Assembly: GCA_037131755.1 (NCBI GenBank)
Contig: JBAXQJ010000005.1
Location: 1 to 49,736, forward strand
From: a bacterium
GTDB lineage: Bacteria; Patescibacteriota; Minisyncoccia; Phycocordibacterales; GWA1-40-21
Length of the DNA stretch: 49,736 bases
Direction of reading: 5' to 3'
Positions 1 to 6,804 of this stretch are shown here, one piece after another (within the stretch, counting starts at the first letter, position 1; each line of letters starts with the position of its first letter). The notes below the pieces were generated by a model that saw only the letters and a list, made by a program, of their open reading frames with translations, made no database searches and was not told the DNA's origin. The translations under genes were made by a program, and so were the position numbers.

Positions 1-50
1 CGACAAATAACAAAAAACAGCTAGTCTTAGCTGTTTTTTGTTATTTGTCG
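1..50. terminator. Bidirectional intrinsic terminator (perfect palindrome)
   Basis: The 21-nt arms cgacaaataacaaaaaacagc / gctgttttttgttatttgtcg are exact reverse complements around an 8-nt loop. An A-run precedes and a T-run follows on both strands. It lies 3-prime of the minus-strand tRNA-Pro / unknown-RNA unit. Confidence 0.6.
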
Positions 51-198
51 GGGCGAGAAAGCAATTTGAATTGCTTTCGACCGGGATTTGAACAGCGGAA
101 CGATGCCGAGCCAGCAGGCGAGGCCGTGAGCTGGTGCCCAGGCAAAGTTTTTTGACGAAAAAACTTTAGACGAGGGCAAAACTCCCGGCGCCTTTATC
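50..198. ncRNA. Unassigned structured RNA candidate (tmRNA-5-prime-like on plus, tRNA-like 3-prime flank on minus)
   Basis: No ORF. Nested helices are visible: 50-55/189-194 (GGGGCG/CGCCTT), hairpin 57-78, 81-86/183-188 (CCGGGA/TCCCGG), hairpin 111-134 and hairpin 144-167. The plus-strand reading GGGGCGA...TTTCGACCGGGATTTG...GATGCCGAG resembles a tmRNA 5-prime domain, but no T-arm or 3-prime acceptor strand follows. The minus-strand reading ends GTTCAAATCCCGG...CGCCCCGA-CAAAT, the same 3-prime flank as tRNA-Pro. Strand and family are unresolved. Confidence 0.3.
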
Positions 199-257
199 AT
201 AAAAAACGGGAAATCTGATTCTCAGTACTTCCTAATAATTTTAGAAACTTAAATTTG

Positions 258-329
258 TCGGGGCACCGGGATTCGAACCCGGAGTCTTACGAACCCGAAT
301 CGTAAATGTTACCGTTACACCATGTCCCG
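258..329 (-). tRNA. tRNA-Pro (anticodon CGG)
   Basis: The reverse complement folds as a cloverleaf. Acceptor is CGGGACA/TGCCCCG (one A:C mismatch), D arm GTGT-AACGGTA-ACAT, anticodon arm TACGA-TTCGGGT-TCGTA, T arm CCGGG-TTCGAAT-CCCGG, discriminator A. No encoded CCA. Confidence 0.9.
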
Positions 330-411
330 TCTCTGACTCAGATTAACATAATCTAAATATTTTACCAAACAATCCATATCGGACATTTCTAAAGGACAAC
401 TTTCTTTATTT

Positions 412-873
412 CTAGAGAATTATATTTTCCAAATATTTAACCTTCGCTTCCCTCTTTTCTTTATCCAAATATACACAAACCACATCAAACTGCCATCTTG
501 TTTCCCCACTTCGCTGAAGCTCCGCGGGGCAGGCACATGTATCTCTCTTATTGTCGTTATAATCAAGCAAATAGGTCTGTATTACCCTCTTTAGTCTATC
601 CAACTTCCAGGTATGAAGGTTATCCTCAGGCCTATAAACATCCGTTTCACGCGAAACAAACGGTTTAGAAACTGCCTTAACCTCTACAAAATGAAGCTTT
701 CCGGCCTTTTTACCAATAATATCGATTTCACCCCATTTCCTCAGATAATTTCTCTCAATTATTTCAAAACCCTGTTTCATAAGAAACCTACAAGCGATAT
801 CCTCGCCCAAATCACCAGTTTTTCTCTTTTCCGTTCTATTATCTTGTTTCATGTGCAACCTTTTTAAGTACAA
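412..873 (-). CDS. yraN: YraN/UPF0102 family endonuclease-like protein
   Basis: ORF translation carries GEDIACRFLMKQGFEIIERNY..WGEIDIIGKK...HFVEVK, typical of UPF0102. The start may be the internal Met at 852. It overlaps the end of the upstream methyltransferase gene, so the two are probably one operon. Confidence 0.8.
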   Translation of the reverse strand: MYLKRLHMKQDNRTEKRKTGDLGEDIACRFLMKQGFEIIERNYLRKWGEIDIIGKKAGKLHFVEVKAVSKPFVSRETDVYRPEDNLHTWKLDRLKRVIQTYLLDYNDNKRDTCACPAELQRSGETRWQFDVVCVYLDKEKREAKVKYLENIIL

Positions 874-1462
874 TGGTTAATGTTGGACCATAGTCACTAT
901 CACCGATTGCATTATAGACAGTAATAAAACCTGATCCGGCCATATCTTGAATATCTCGGTCTTTATAAGAATAGTAATATTTTTCGTCGCCCATATTATT
1001 AATCTTTATTTCCCTATATTCCCCAAATTTGGTTGTTATATACAAAACACCGCCATTTTTTAAACTTTTATGACATTTTTTGAGTATTTCAACTGTTTCT
1101 TCACGGTTCACGTGTAACAAACTAGCAAAAGCAAAGACAATGCCATATGTTTCGGGTGAAACATCCACCTCCCTCATATCCTGTAATCGAAAATCAACCT
1201 TTGGTAGACGGTCTTGGGCAATTTTAAGTAATTCTTTTGAAGCGTCTATACCGGTATAGTTAGTCTCCCCCACCTTTTTAACTATGTATTCAGCATCACG
1301 CCCATTGCCACAACCAAGCTCCAAGGCCCTGAGAGAACCACTTTCATTGAGTTTGATAGCGCGATCAATATCCTCTACTCTGACCCCGTAATCATCAAAC
1401 TTGTCAGAATAGTGTTGAAAATTATCATCATAAGCCTTAATTGTTAGTTGATTTTTATCCAT
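839..1462 (-). CDS. Class I SAM-dependent methyltransferase
   Basis: 207-aa ORF with the motif I LELGCGNGRD and downstream methyltransferase-fold motifs. Confidence 0.8.
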   Translation of the reverse strand: MDKNQLTIKAYDDNFQHYSDKFDDYGVRVEDIDRAIKLNESGSLRALELGCGNGRDAEYIVKKVGETNYTGIDASKELLKIAQDRLPKVDFRLQDMREVDVSPETYGIVFAFASLLHVNREETVEILKKCHKSLKNGGVLYITTKFGEYREIKINNMGDEKYYYSYKDRDIQDMAGSGFITVYNAIGDSDYGPTLTIVLKKVAHETR

Positions 1463-1702
1463 TTAAGGAAAGAATATCATATTTAGGTATTTTATGCACA
1501 AGTTATGAACAAAAAGTTTCGCGTGTAACCACTTTAGCTATCCAAAAAGGTTTCAATTGAAACCTTTTGCACATATAAGACTCATTAATAGGGTATTTAG
1601 GACTGTCCTACCACATTAGGCTTATAATATAAGGGTGTAATGGGAATGTCCGTCTGTTTTGAGACAAAATACCGATATAAATCGGTCATTTTTACCTGTC
1701 TT

Positions 1703-1731
1703 TTATACACATATACACAGAGTTATCCACA
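1703..1731 (+). promoter_or_regulatory. Tandem DnaA-box cluster (TTATACACA, ATATACACA, TTATCCACA)
   Basis: Three same-orientation 9-mers match the TTATCCACA consensus at 8/9 (1703-1711), 7/9 (1711-1719) and 9/9 (1723-1731). They sit inside a 428-bp ORF-free AT-rich spacer. Confidence 0.5.
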
Positions 1732-1860
1732 GTTTTGACCTTTTTATCTGTTGTTAGGCTTTACTAATTTTAGATCGACCCCTTGCGATTAGGTACAATT
1801 ATTCTCTAATTCTGTCCCAAAACACCTCATTTGTCTCTTAAACTCAAAAACGTGTACAAT

Positions 1861-1891
1861 AAAAAATACAAGCCAAGTGCTTGTATTTTTT
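1861..1891. terminator. Bidirectional intrinsic terminator
   Basis: aaaaaatacaagc-caagt-gcttgtatttttt. The stem is flanked by an A-run and a T-run, immediately 3-prime of the minus-strand tRNA-Arg/tRNA-Gly pair. Confidence 0.7.
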
Positions 1892-1893
1892 AT

Positions 1894-1967
1894 TGGTGCG
1901 GGCACCGGGAATCGAACCCGAATCTAATCCTTGGCAAGGACTTGTTCTACCATTAAACCATGCCCGC
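1894..1967 (-). tRNA. tRNA-Gly (anticodon GCC), CCA encoded
   Basis: Reverse complement is GCGGGCA-TG-GTTT-AATGGTA-GAAC-A-AGTCC-TTGCCAA-GGATT...TTCGATT...TGCCCGC-A-CCA. Full cloverleaf, 74 nt. Confidence 0.92.
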
Positions 1968-2048
1968 ATATTTAATATATAAAAATCTGACTCAAATATC
2001 CTATCATTATTCGAAAAAAAAATCTAGAGGATACTTCTTTATTCACTG

Positions 2049-2120
2049 TGCTCTCAGTAGGACTCGAACCTACAACGACGGTTCCGAAGACCGTTGTGAT
2101 ATCCATTTCACCATGAGAGC
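2049..2120 (-). tRNA. tRNA-Arg (anticodon UCG)
   Basis: Reverse complement is GCTCTCA-TG-GTGA-AATGGATA-TCAC-A-ACGGT-CTTCGGA-ACCGT-CGTT-GTAGG-TTCGAGT-CCTAC-TGAGAGC-A. 72 nt, no encoded CCA. Confidence 0.9.
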
Positions 2121-2182
2121 AGTGCCTATATCATACACGAAATTCGCCAAAACACAAAAAATATAATACAATTGCAGTACCC

Positions 2183-3694
2183 ATGTCTCCGGAAAAAATT
2201 GACGCAAAGAATATCATTATACCAGCCGAAGTCTGGTCTGTCGTAGAAACCTTGAAAAATAAGGGTTTTGAGGCGTACCTAATCGGCGGTTGCGTAAGAG
2301 ACCTACTTCTAAATCGCAAACCAAAAGACTGGGATCTGACCACCAATGCCAAGCCAGAGGAAATAATTTCTCTATTTACCGATACTTATTACGAAAATTC
2401 TTACGGCACCGTCGGCGTAGTCAATGAAATAGTTGAGGATCAGACCCTGAAAGTAATCGAGGTGACACCATATCGGCTAGAAGCAGAATATTCTGATAAT
2501 CGACGACCAGACAGTGTGACTTTCAGTGACAAACTGGAAGACGACTTGCAACGCCGAGATTTTACCATCAATGCCATCGCTTTGGATGTTAAAAAAGATG
2601 CCGAGGGTAATTTCAATGGTCATTATTTGGATCTATACCACGGGCACAAAGATATAAAAGAGAAAGTGATCAAAACAGTAGGGGATCCGCATGATCGATT
2701 TCAAGAAGATGGCCTTCGAATCCTCCGCGCGGTCCGGATTGCGACCGAAATTGGCTTTAATATCAACAAAAACACCGAACAAGCGATTATTGACCACGCT
2801 GATTTGTTAAAAAACATCGCCAAAGAGCGTATTCGGGATGAATTCACCAAAATACTCCTGTCCGACAATCCGTTTGAGGGTTTGATGCTTTGCCGCAAAC
2901 TAGGTCTTTTACCTTATATTATCCCAGAATTAGAGAAAACGATCAGTATTGAACAGAGGGGAGCCCATAAATACGATGTCTGGGAACACCTATTACGAAG
3001 CCTCCAGCATGCTGCCGATAGAAAATTTGGTCTGGAAATACGAATAGCCGCCTTGTTTCATGATATTTCCAAGCCTTTTACCCGCCGTTGGAATAATGAG
3101 CAAAATCTATTCACTTTCTACGGTCACGACGTGGTTGGTTCACGTGAAACAGCCAGAATACTGTCTGAATTACGTTTTTCCAAGAAAATTATCGACAAAG
3201 TCGCCAAATTAGTGAGATGGCATATGTTTTTCTCCGATACCGAACAAATCACCCTGTCTGCCGTGCGTAGAATAGTCGCCAGTGTCGGTAAAGATAATAT
3301 CTGGGATCTGATGAATCTGCGCGCCTGCGACCGTATTGGCATGGGACGACCCAAAGAAAGCCCTTATCGGCTTAGGAAATATCACGCGATGATCGAAGAG
3401 GCGATGCGTGATCCGATTTCGGTGGGAATGCTGAAGGTTGACGGTAAAGAACTGATGAATATCACGAATGAGAAGCCTGGTCCGAGAATTGGGAACATCC
3501 TGCATGCCTTATTTGAAGAAGTTTTGGACAATCCAATATTGAATACCTTAGAATATCTCAAAAAACGTGCTTTAGAGCTATCAAAACTAACCGATACCGA
3601 GCTAATGAAACTAGGGGAGTCGGGCAAACAAACCAAGGAGAAAGAAGAGGAAAAGGAGGTGGAACAAATAAGAAAGAAATTCGGAGTTAAATAA
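2183..3694 (+). CDS. cca: CCA-adding tRNA nucleotidyltransferase with HD domain
   Basis: 503-aa ORF with N-terminal GGCVRDLLL..DWDLTT, RRDFTINA and an HD-domain region (FHDISKP). Confidence 0.9.
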   Translation: MSPEKIDAKNIIIPAEVWSVVETLKNKGFEAYLIGGCVRDLLLNRKPKDWDLTTNAKPEEIISLFTDTYYENSYGTVGVVNEIVEDQTLKVIEVTPYRLEAEYSDNRRPDSVTFSDKLEDDLQRRDFTINAIALDVKKDAEGNFNGHYLDLYHGHKDIKEKVIKTVGDPHDRFQEDGLRILRAVRIATEIGFNINKNTEQAIIDHADLLKNIAKERIRDEFTKILLSDNPFEGLMLCRKLGLLPYIIPELEKTISIEQRGAHKYDVWEHLLRSLQHAADRKFGLEIRIAALFHDISKPFTRRWNNEQNLFTFYGHDVVGSRETARILSELRFSKKIIDKVAKLVRWHMFFSDTEQITLSAVRRIVASVGKDNIWDLMNLRACDRIGMGRPKESPYRLRKYHAMIEEAMRDPISVGMLKVDGKELMNITNEKPGPRIGNILHALFEEVLDNPILNTLEYLKKRALELSKLTDTELMKLGESGKQTKEKEEEKEVEQIRKKFGVK

Positions 3695-3721
3695 AAAGCA
3701 GCCAGAACTGGCTGCTTTTTA
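3693..3721 (+). terminator. Intrinsic terminator of cca
   Basis: aaaaagcagcc-agaact-ggctgcttttt starts at the cca stop codon. Confidence 0.75.
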
Positions 3722-3739
3722 TTTGACCTTTTCATTTTT

Positions 3740-3805
3740 GTCCTTTATAAAGGACAAAAGTAGCCCCTGTGGATAACTGTCCTTTACATGTCCTTTAGAC
3801 GGGAC
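3740..3805 (+). promoter_or_regulatory. GTCCTTTA repeat / GTCC-N8-GGAC operator-like sites
   Basis: Perfect 16-bp palindrome GTCCTTTATAAAGGAC (3740-3755), GTCCTTTAC at 3779 and GTCCTTTAGACGGGAC (3790-3805). The last fills the spacer of the promoter called below. Confidence 0.45.
3768..3776 (-). promoter_or_regulatory. Perfect DnaA box (TGTGGATAA)
   Basis: Exact reverse complement of TTATCCACA, ending 6 bp upstream of the -35 element of the 3783-3811 promoter. Confidence 0.4.
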
Positions 3806-3811
3806 TATAAT
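3783..3811 (+). promoter_or_regulatory. Sigma-70-type promoter (TTTACA-17-TATAAT)
   Basis: TTTACA at 3783-3788, an exact 17-nt spacer, TATAAT at 3806-3811. No ORF of 60 aa or more lies downstream before the terminator at 4068-4125. Confidence 0.55.
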
Positions 3812-4067
3812 AATGACAGACCACCAACAAAAATACACAAAAGTTCTCCTCGTGTAAAAGTTGAGTGAAGAAAAAAATCGCAAGATTTTCGTCGAAAGAC
3901 TTTTTGTTCATTATAAGTTGAATGTCAGTTGTTAGTGATGTTGGCCAAACATCCGAAGATTCTCTGGTTACTATGGTTGATGACTCTACACATATCTACA
4001 ATTTTTCAAATTCATTTTGCAAAGAGGTAGTGTGATTGTAATCAATTTAGCGAGAGAACTCTTCAAC

Positions 4068-4125
4068 ACCACCGTTGAATTTTTCTCGCATCCGACTGCG
4101 CAGGAAACTTCAAAGGTGGTTTTTT
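4068..4125 (+). terminator. Long-stem intrinsic terminator with competing upstream helix
   Basis: ACCACC-g-TTGAA (4068-4079) pairs with TTCAA-a-GGTGGT (4109-4120), followed by TTTTT. The alternative hairpin GCGAGA..TTCAAC-accacc-GTTGAA..TCTCGC (4050-4089) uses the same GTTGAA/ACCACC nucleotides, so the two folds are mutually exclusive. Confidence 0.5.
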
Positions 4126-4235
4126 GTTTCTAAAAAAGACTTTGCGCGATTGATTATTTTTTATAATTAACATCTCCCAAGTAAGCCATGGCGTACTTGG
4201 GGGATATCACATATTTTAATTATTTAGCCAAGATT

Positions 4236-5018
4236 CTAATCCTTCAACTCCAATAAAACTGGGCAATGGTCGCTTCCTAATATTGAATCGAGAATCTCCG
4301 CTTTTTTGATTTTATCTTTCAGGTCGGTGGAAACGAAGAAATAATCAATACGCCAGCCGATGTTGCGGTCGCGAGCATAGGTCTTCATGTCCCACCAGGA
4401 ATATTTCACTTCCGTAGGATGGAGAGCGCGGAAAGTATCAATCCAGCCTAAAGAAATTATTTTGTCTAACCAGTCGCGCTCGATCCGCAGAAAACCGGTA
4501 TTTTTTTCATTGTCTTTCGGCCGGGCTAGGTCAATTTCATTGTGCGCGGTATTTACATCACCGCAGAAAATTACTGAGTAGCCTTTTTCTTTTAAATTTT
4601 CAATATAATTCAAAAATTCTTTGTAAAATTCCAACTTGTAAGCCAGTCTCTCTGGACCACCGCCACCGTTCGGAAAGTAGCAAGTGATCACCACTGTTTT
4701 GTCACTTAAATATAAAGCTAAAAATCTGCCTTCTTGGTCTAATTCATGTTTACCCATCCCATCTTCAATTTTTACAATTTGATCTTTAAATTTTGATTTA
4801 ATGTAAATAGCAACGCCAGAATAACCTTTTCGTAATTTAGAGTGATCAAAATACGCGTGATAACCAGCGGGGTTACGCACTTCCTCTGGTAATTGGTCGG
4901 GATGAGATTTTGTTTCCTGCAAGCAAAAAATATCTGGGTCGACTTCAAAAATACTATTAAAAGCCCCTTTTTTAAAGGAAGCACGGAGACCATTCACATT
5001 CCAGGATAAAAGCTTCAT
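4236..5018 (-). CDS. xth: Exodeoxyribonuclease III
   Basis: 260-aa ORF: MKLLSWNVNGLRA..., CLQETK, the EEP-fold motifs and a C-terminal SDHCPV. Confidence 0.92.
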   Translation of the reverse strand: MKLLSWNVNGLRASFKKGAFNSIFEVDPDIFCLQETKSHPDQLPEEVRNPAGYHAYFDHSKLRKGYSGVAIYIKSKFKDQIVKIEDGMGKHELDQEGRFLALYLSDKTVVITCYFPNGGGGPERLAYKLEFYKEFLNYIENLKEKGYSVIFCGDVNTAHNEIDLARPKDNEKNTGFLRIERDWLDKIISLGWIDTFRALHPTEVKYSWWDMKTYARDRNIGWRIDYFFVSTDLKDKIKKAEILDSILGSDHCPVLLELKD

Positions 5019-5042
5019 ATAATTAGTATAGCAATTTTACAT

Positions 5043-5081
5043 AAAAAAATCCCCTCACCAGCCTAAACTGGAAAGGGGATT
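5043..5081 (-). terminator. Intrinsic terminator of the membrane-protein operon
   Basis: Read on the minus strand, aatcccctttccagtttaggctggtgagggga forms a hairpin followed by a T-run. It lies directly downstream of the 5097 stop. Confidence 0.65.
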
Positions 5082-5096
5082 GCGTGAGCAGGGAAC

Positions 5097-6059
5097 TCAG
5101 CCATGAACCGGAACAACTTTGAGCAAGCGCTTGGAAACCAATTCGTAGTTCAACACCCCGACAAACGCCCCGAGAATACCACCACAGACAACCGCGAACA
5201 ATTTCTCAGGACTTGACGAAGCGTGGACGGCAAAGGTAAACCAAGCCACCGACCCACCAATAACACTATCGATCGCACACAGGACTCGCTCCTTTTTGTG
5301 TATCAGAACGACAAGGTTCCAAAGACCACCACCGATACCTAAACACAACTCCAAGATGATTATCTTAAAAACGCATTCGCGCAATAAGATAACCGGCACC
5401 TTCCAAACAATTCCGTAGACTGCGAGCACCAGTCCTTTGAAAAACCAGCGACTGACATTTGAATACGTAAGTGGAGCCTCAGTATATCCTTTTTCAATCA
5501 AAGATTTAACTTCCTGATCAATCTCATCTATTTTATCCAGCGTAACAAACTGACGCCAAAACTTTTTCTCGCCATACCTAGCCCCAATAAATGAGAATAA
5601 TCGAGCAATGATGACAATCGGTATATAAACTACTATGCCAACTGCTATAACTGCTTCTGCGATTAACAGAACTCCTAGAATAAGCCAGTACCACCCAGGT
5701 GGCCGCTCATGTAGCCAAGCAAGGCATATACCAGTAGTTATCTCTAGTGGAACAATAGCGACAAGAAGGCCAAGCTGTTGAAATGGATGACACTCATGTA
5801 ACCATTCCCAACCACTCTTTAGTCCCCTTTTTGTCACTCTCACTAATGAGAGAAACACTTTGGTCACTATCGTAATCAGCGCATTGAAGGCGATTGGCAT
5901 ACACCGAAGAACTTCCCGAAACTCGTAGCCGAGGTATCCGGCACTAGCTCCGCTAAGAGCAGCGACCCATAAATACTTCGGATTAACGAGAAGGGCGACC
6001 CAAACAAAGATCGCTCCGCCCACAAAACACGCCGCACCAATCTTTCCAGTCTTATTCAT
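5097..6059 (-). CDS. Polytopic membrane protein, unknown family
   Basis: 320-aa ORF with about 7-8 hydrophobic segments and one charged loop (EKKFWRQFVTLDKIDEIDQEVK). Its start overlaps the upstream stop (ATGA), with a strong SD. Confidence 0.7.
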   Translation of the reverse strand: MNKTGKIGAACFVGGAIFVWVALLVNPKYLWVAALSGASAGYLGYEFREVLRCMPIAFNALITIVTKVFLSLVRVTKRGLKSGWEWLHECHPFQQLGLLVAIVPLEITTGICLAWLHERPPGWYWLILGVLLIAEAVIAVGIVVYIPIVIIARLFSFIGARYGEKKFWRQFVTLDKIDEIDQEVKSLIEKGYTEAPLTYSNVSRWFFKGLVLAVYGIVWKVPVILLRECVFKIIILELCLGIGGGLWNLVVLIHKKERVLCAIDSVIGGSVAWFTFAVHASSSPEKLFAVVCGGILGAFVGVLNYELVSKRLLKVVPVHG

Positions 6060-6328
6060 TTCTTTTCTCCTTTTATCTTACTTACCCTGTGCCATAACCA
6101 CTTTTTCCTTTTAAACCACTCATTAAAGGCTAGAGCTAAAGTAAACTCAGTTAAAACAAAAAGCAGAATGCACGATAAACCTACTGCCTGAATAGCTCTC
6201 CCATGAAGTACGCTGGCAAAAAAACCACTATCACTTTGCTCATTGTATATAATCAGAAAGAGATAAGTGGTGGCACACGTCAAGATATACGACATAAAGC
6301 TCATGAGAAATAATTGCCATATTTTCAT
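6056..6328 (-). CDS. Small membrane protein (2-3 TM), unknown family
   Basis: 90-aa ORF translationally coupled at both ends by ATGA overlaps. It ends in KGEKK, which is the in-frame reading of the SD module. Confidence 0.65.
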   Translation of the reverse strand: MKIWQLFLMSFMSYILTCATTYLFLIIYNEQSDSGFFASVLHGRAIQAVGLSCILLFVLTEFTLALAFNEWFKRKKWLWHRVSKIKGEKK

Positions 6329-6594
6329 TTCTTTTCTCCTTTACGTTGATCATCAATGATCCTTTGTATTACCAAACTCAAAATAAGGATAACTAGCGAT
6401 CCAAACATAATAACAAATGACATGTCCAATCCTAATTGACTGTAATCAGCACCAGACTTATCGGAGCACAAACTAAAGAATACAATTCCGCTACCGAAGA
6501 GCGAAAAAACGGATGATGCACCCAAAAAACCAGCCACGCTATCCCATTCCTTTGGTATCCTTATCTGGTAAACCTTTCTCCGTTTATTTTTCAT
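6325..6594 (-). CDS. Small membrane protein (2 TM), unknown family
   Basis: ORF 6325-6621 trimmed to the Met at 6594 (MKNKRRK...). That Met is preceded by AAAGGAGAAAAA at canonical SD spacing. The protein ends in KGEKK. Confidence 0.6.
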   Translation of the reverse strand: MKNKRRKVYQIRIPKEWDSVAGFLGASSVFSLFGSGIVFFSLCSDKSGADYSQLGLDMSFVIMFGSLVILILSLVIQRIIDDQRKGEKK

Positions 6595-6804
6595 TTTTTC
6601 TCCTTTTCCTACTGTTTTCAAACAACTCAGCCATCTGGAAATATTCTAAAACACTTATAGTAATTAGTCTATAATTTTGACAATGGATAGCAATGTGAAA
6701 AAAGGTGAATACTATAAAGCTAAAATATGCTTATAAATAAAGGTTAGTTGACAGCAACTTTTGGTAGGTATAAGATTATAGTGTTGTCAAAATTATCAAC
6801 AGCT

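Noticed and set aside
44-264. The 12-nt direct repeat atttgtcggggc (44-55 and 253-264) as att sites of an integrated element.
   Set aside because: The 200-bp interval contains no genes. The repeat is more simply the shared 3-prime acceptor end plus trailer of two RNA genes, or a tRNA-like duplication.
50-411. A complete tmRNA (ssrA) gene on the plus strand starting at GGGGCGA (50).
   Set aside because: No T-arm (GGTTCGAnTCC) or complementary 3-prime acceptor strand (TCGCCCC/TCGCTCC-ACCA) occurs downstream. The only in-frame tag-like ORF is 39 codons long and ends in ILET rather than a hydrophobic Ala-rich tag. A bona fide minus-strand tRNA-Pro occupies 258-329. The segment is kept only as an unassigned RNA candidate.
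1960-2352. Track ORFs 1960-2166 (+) and 2131-2352 (-).
   Set aside because: The first runs straight through tRNA-Gly and tRNA-Arg. The second is antisense to the well-supported cca N-terminus. Both are spurious.
3922-4035. 37-aa ORF (MSVVSDVGQTSEDSLVTMVDDSTHIYNFSNSFCKEVV) inside the ORF-less transcription unit.
   Set aside because: It has no ribosome-binding site and no leaderless geometry, and nothing is recognisable in the peptide. It is mentioned only as something to test, not called as a feature.
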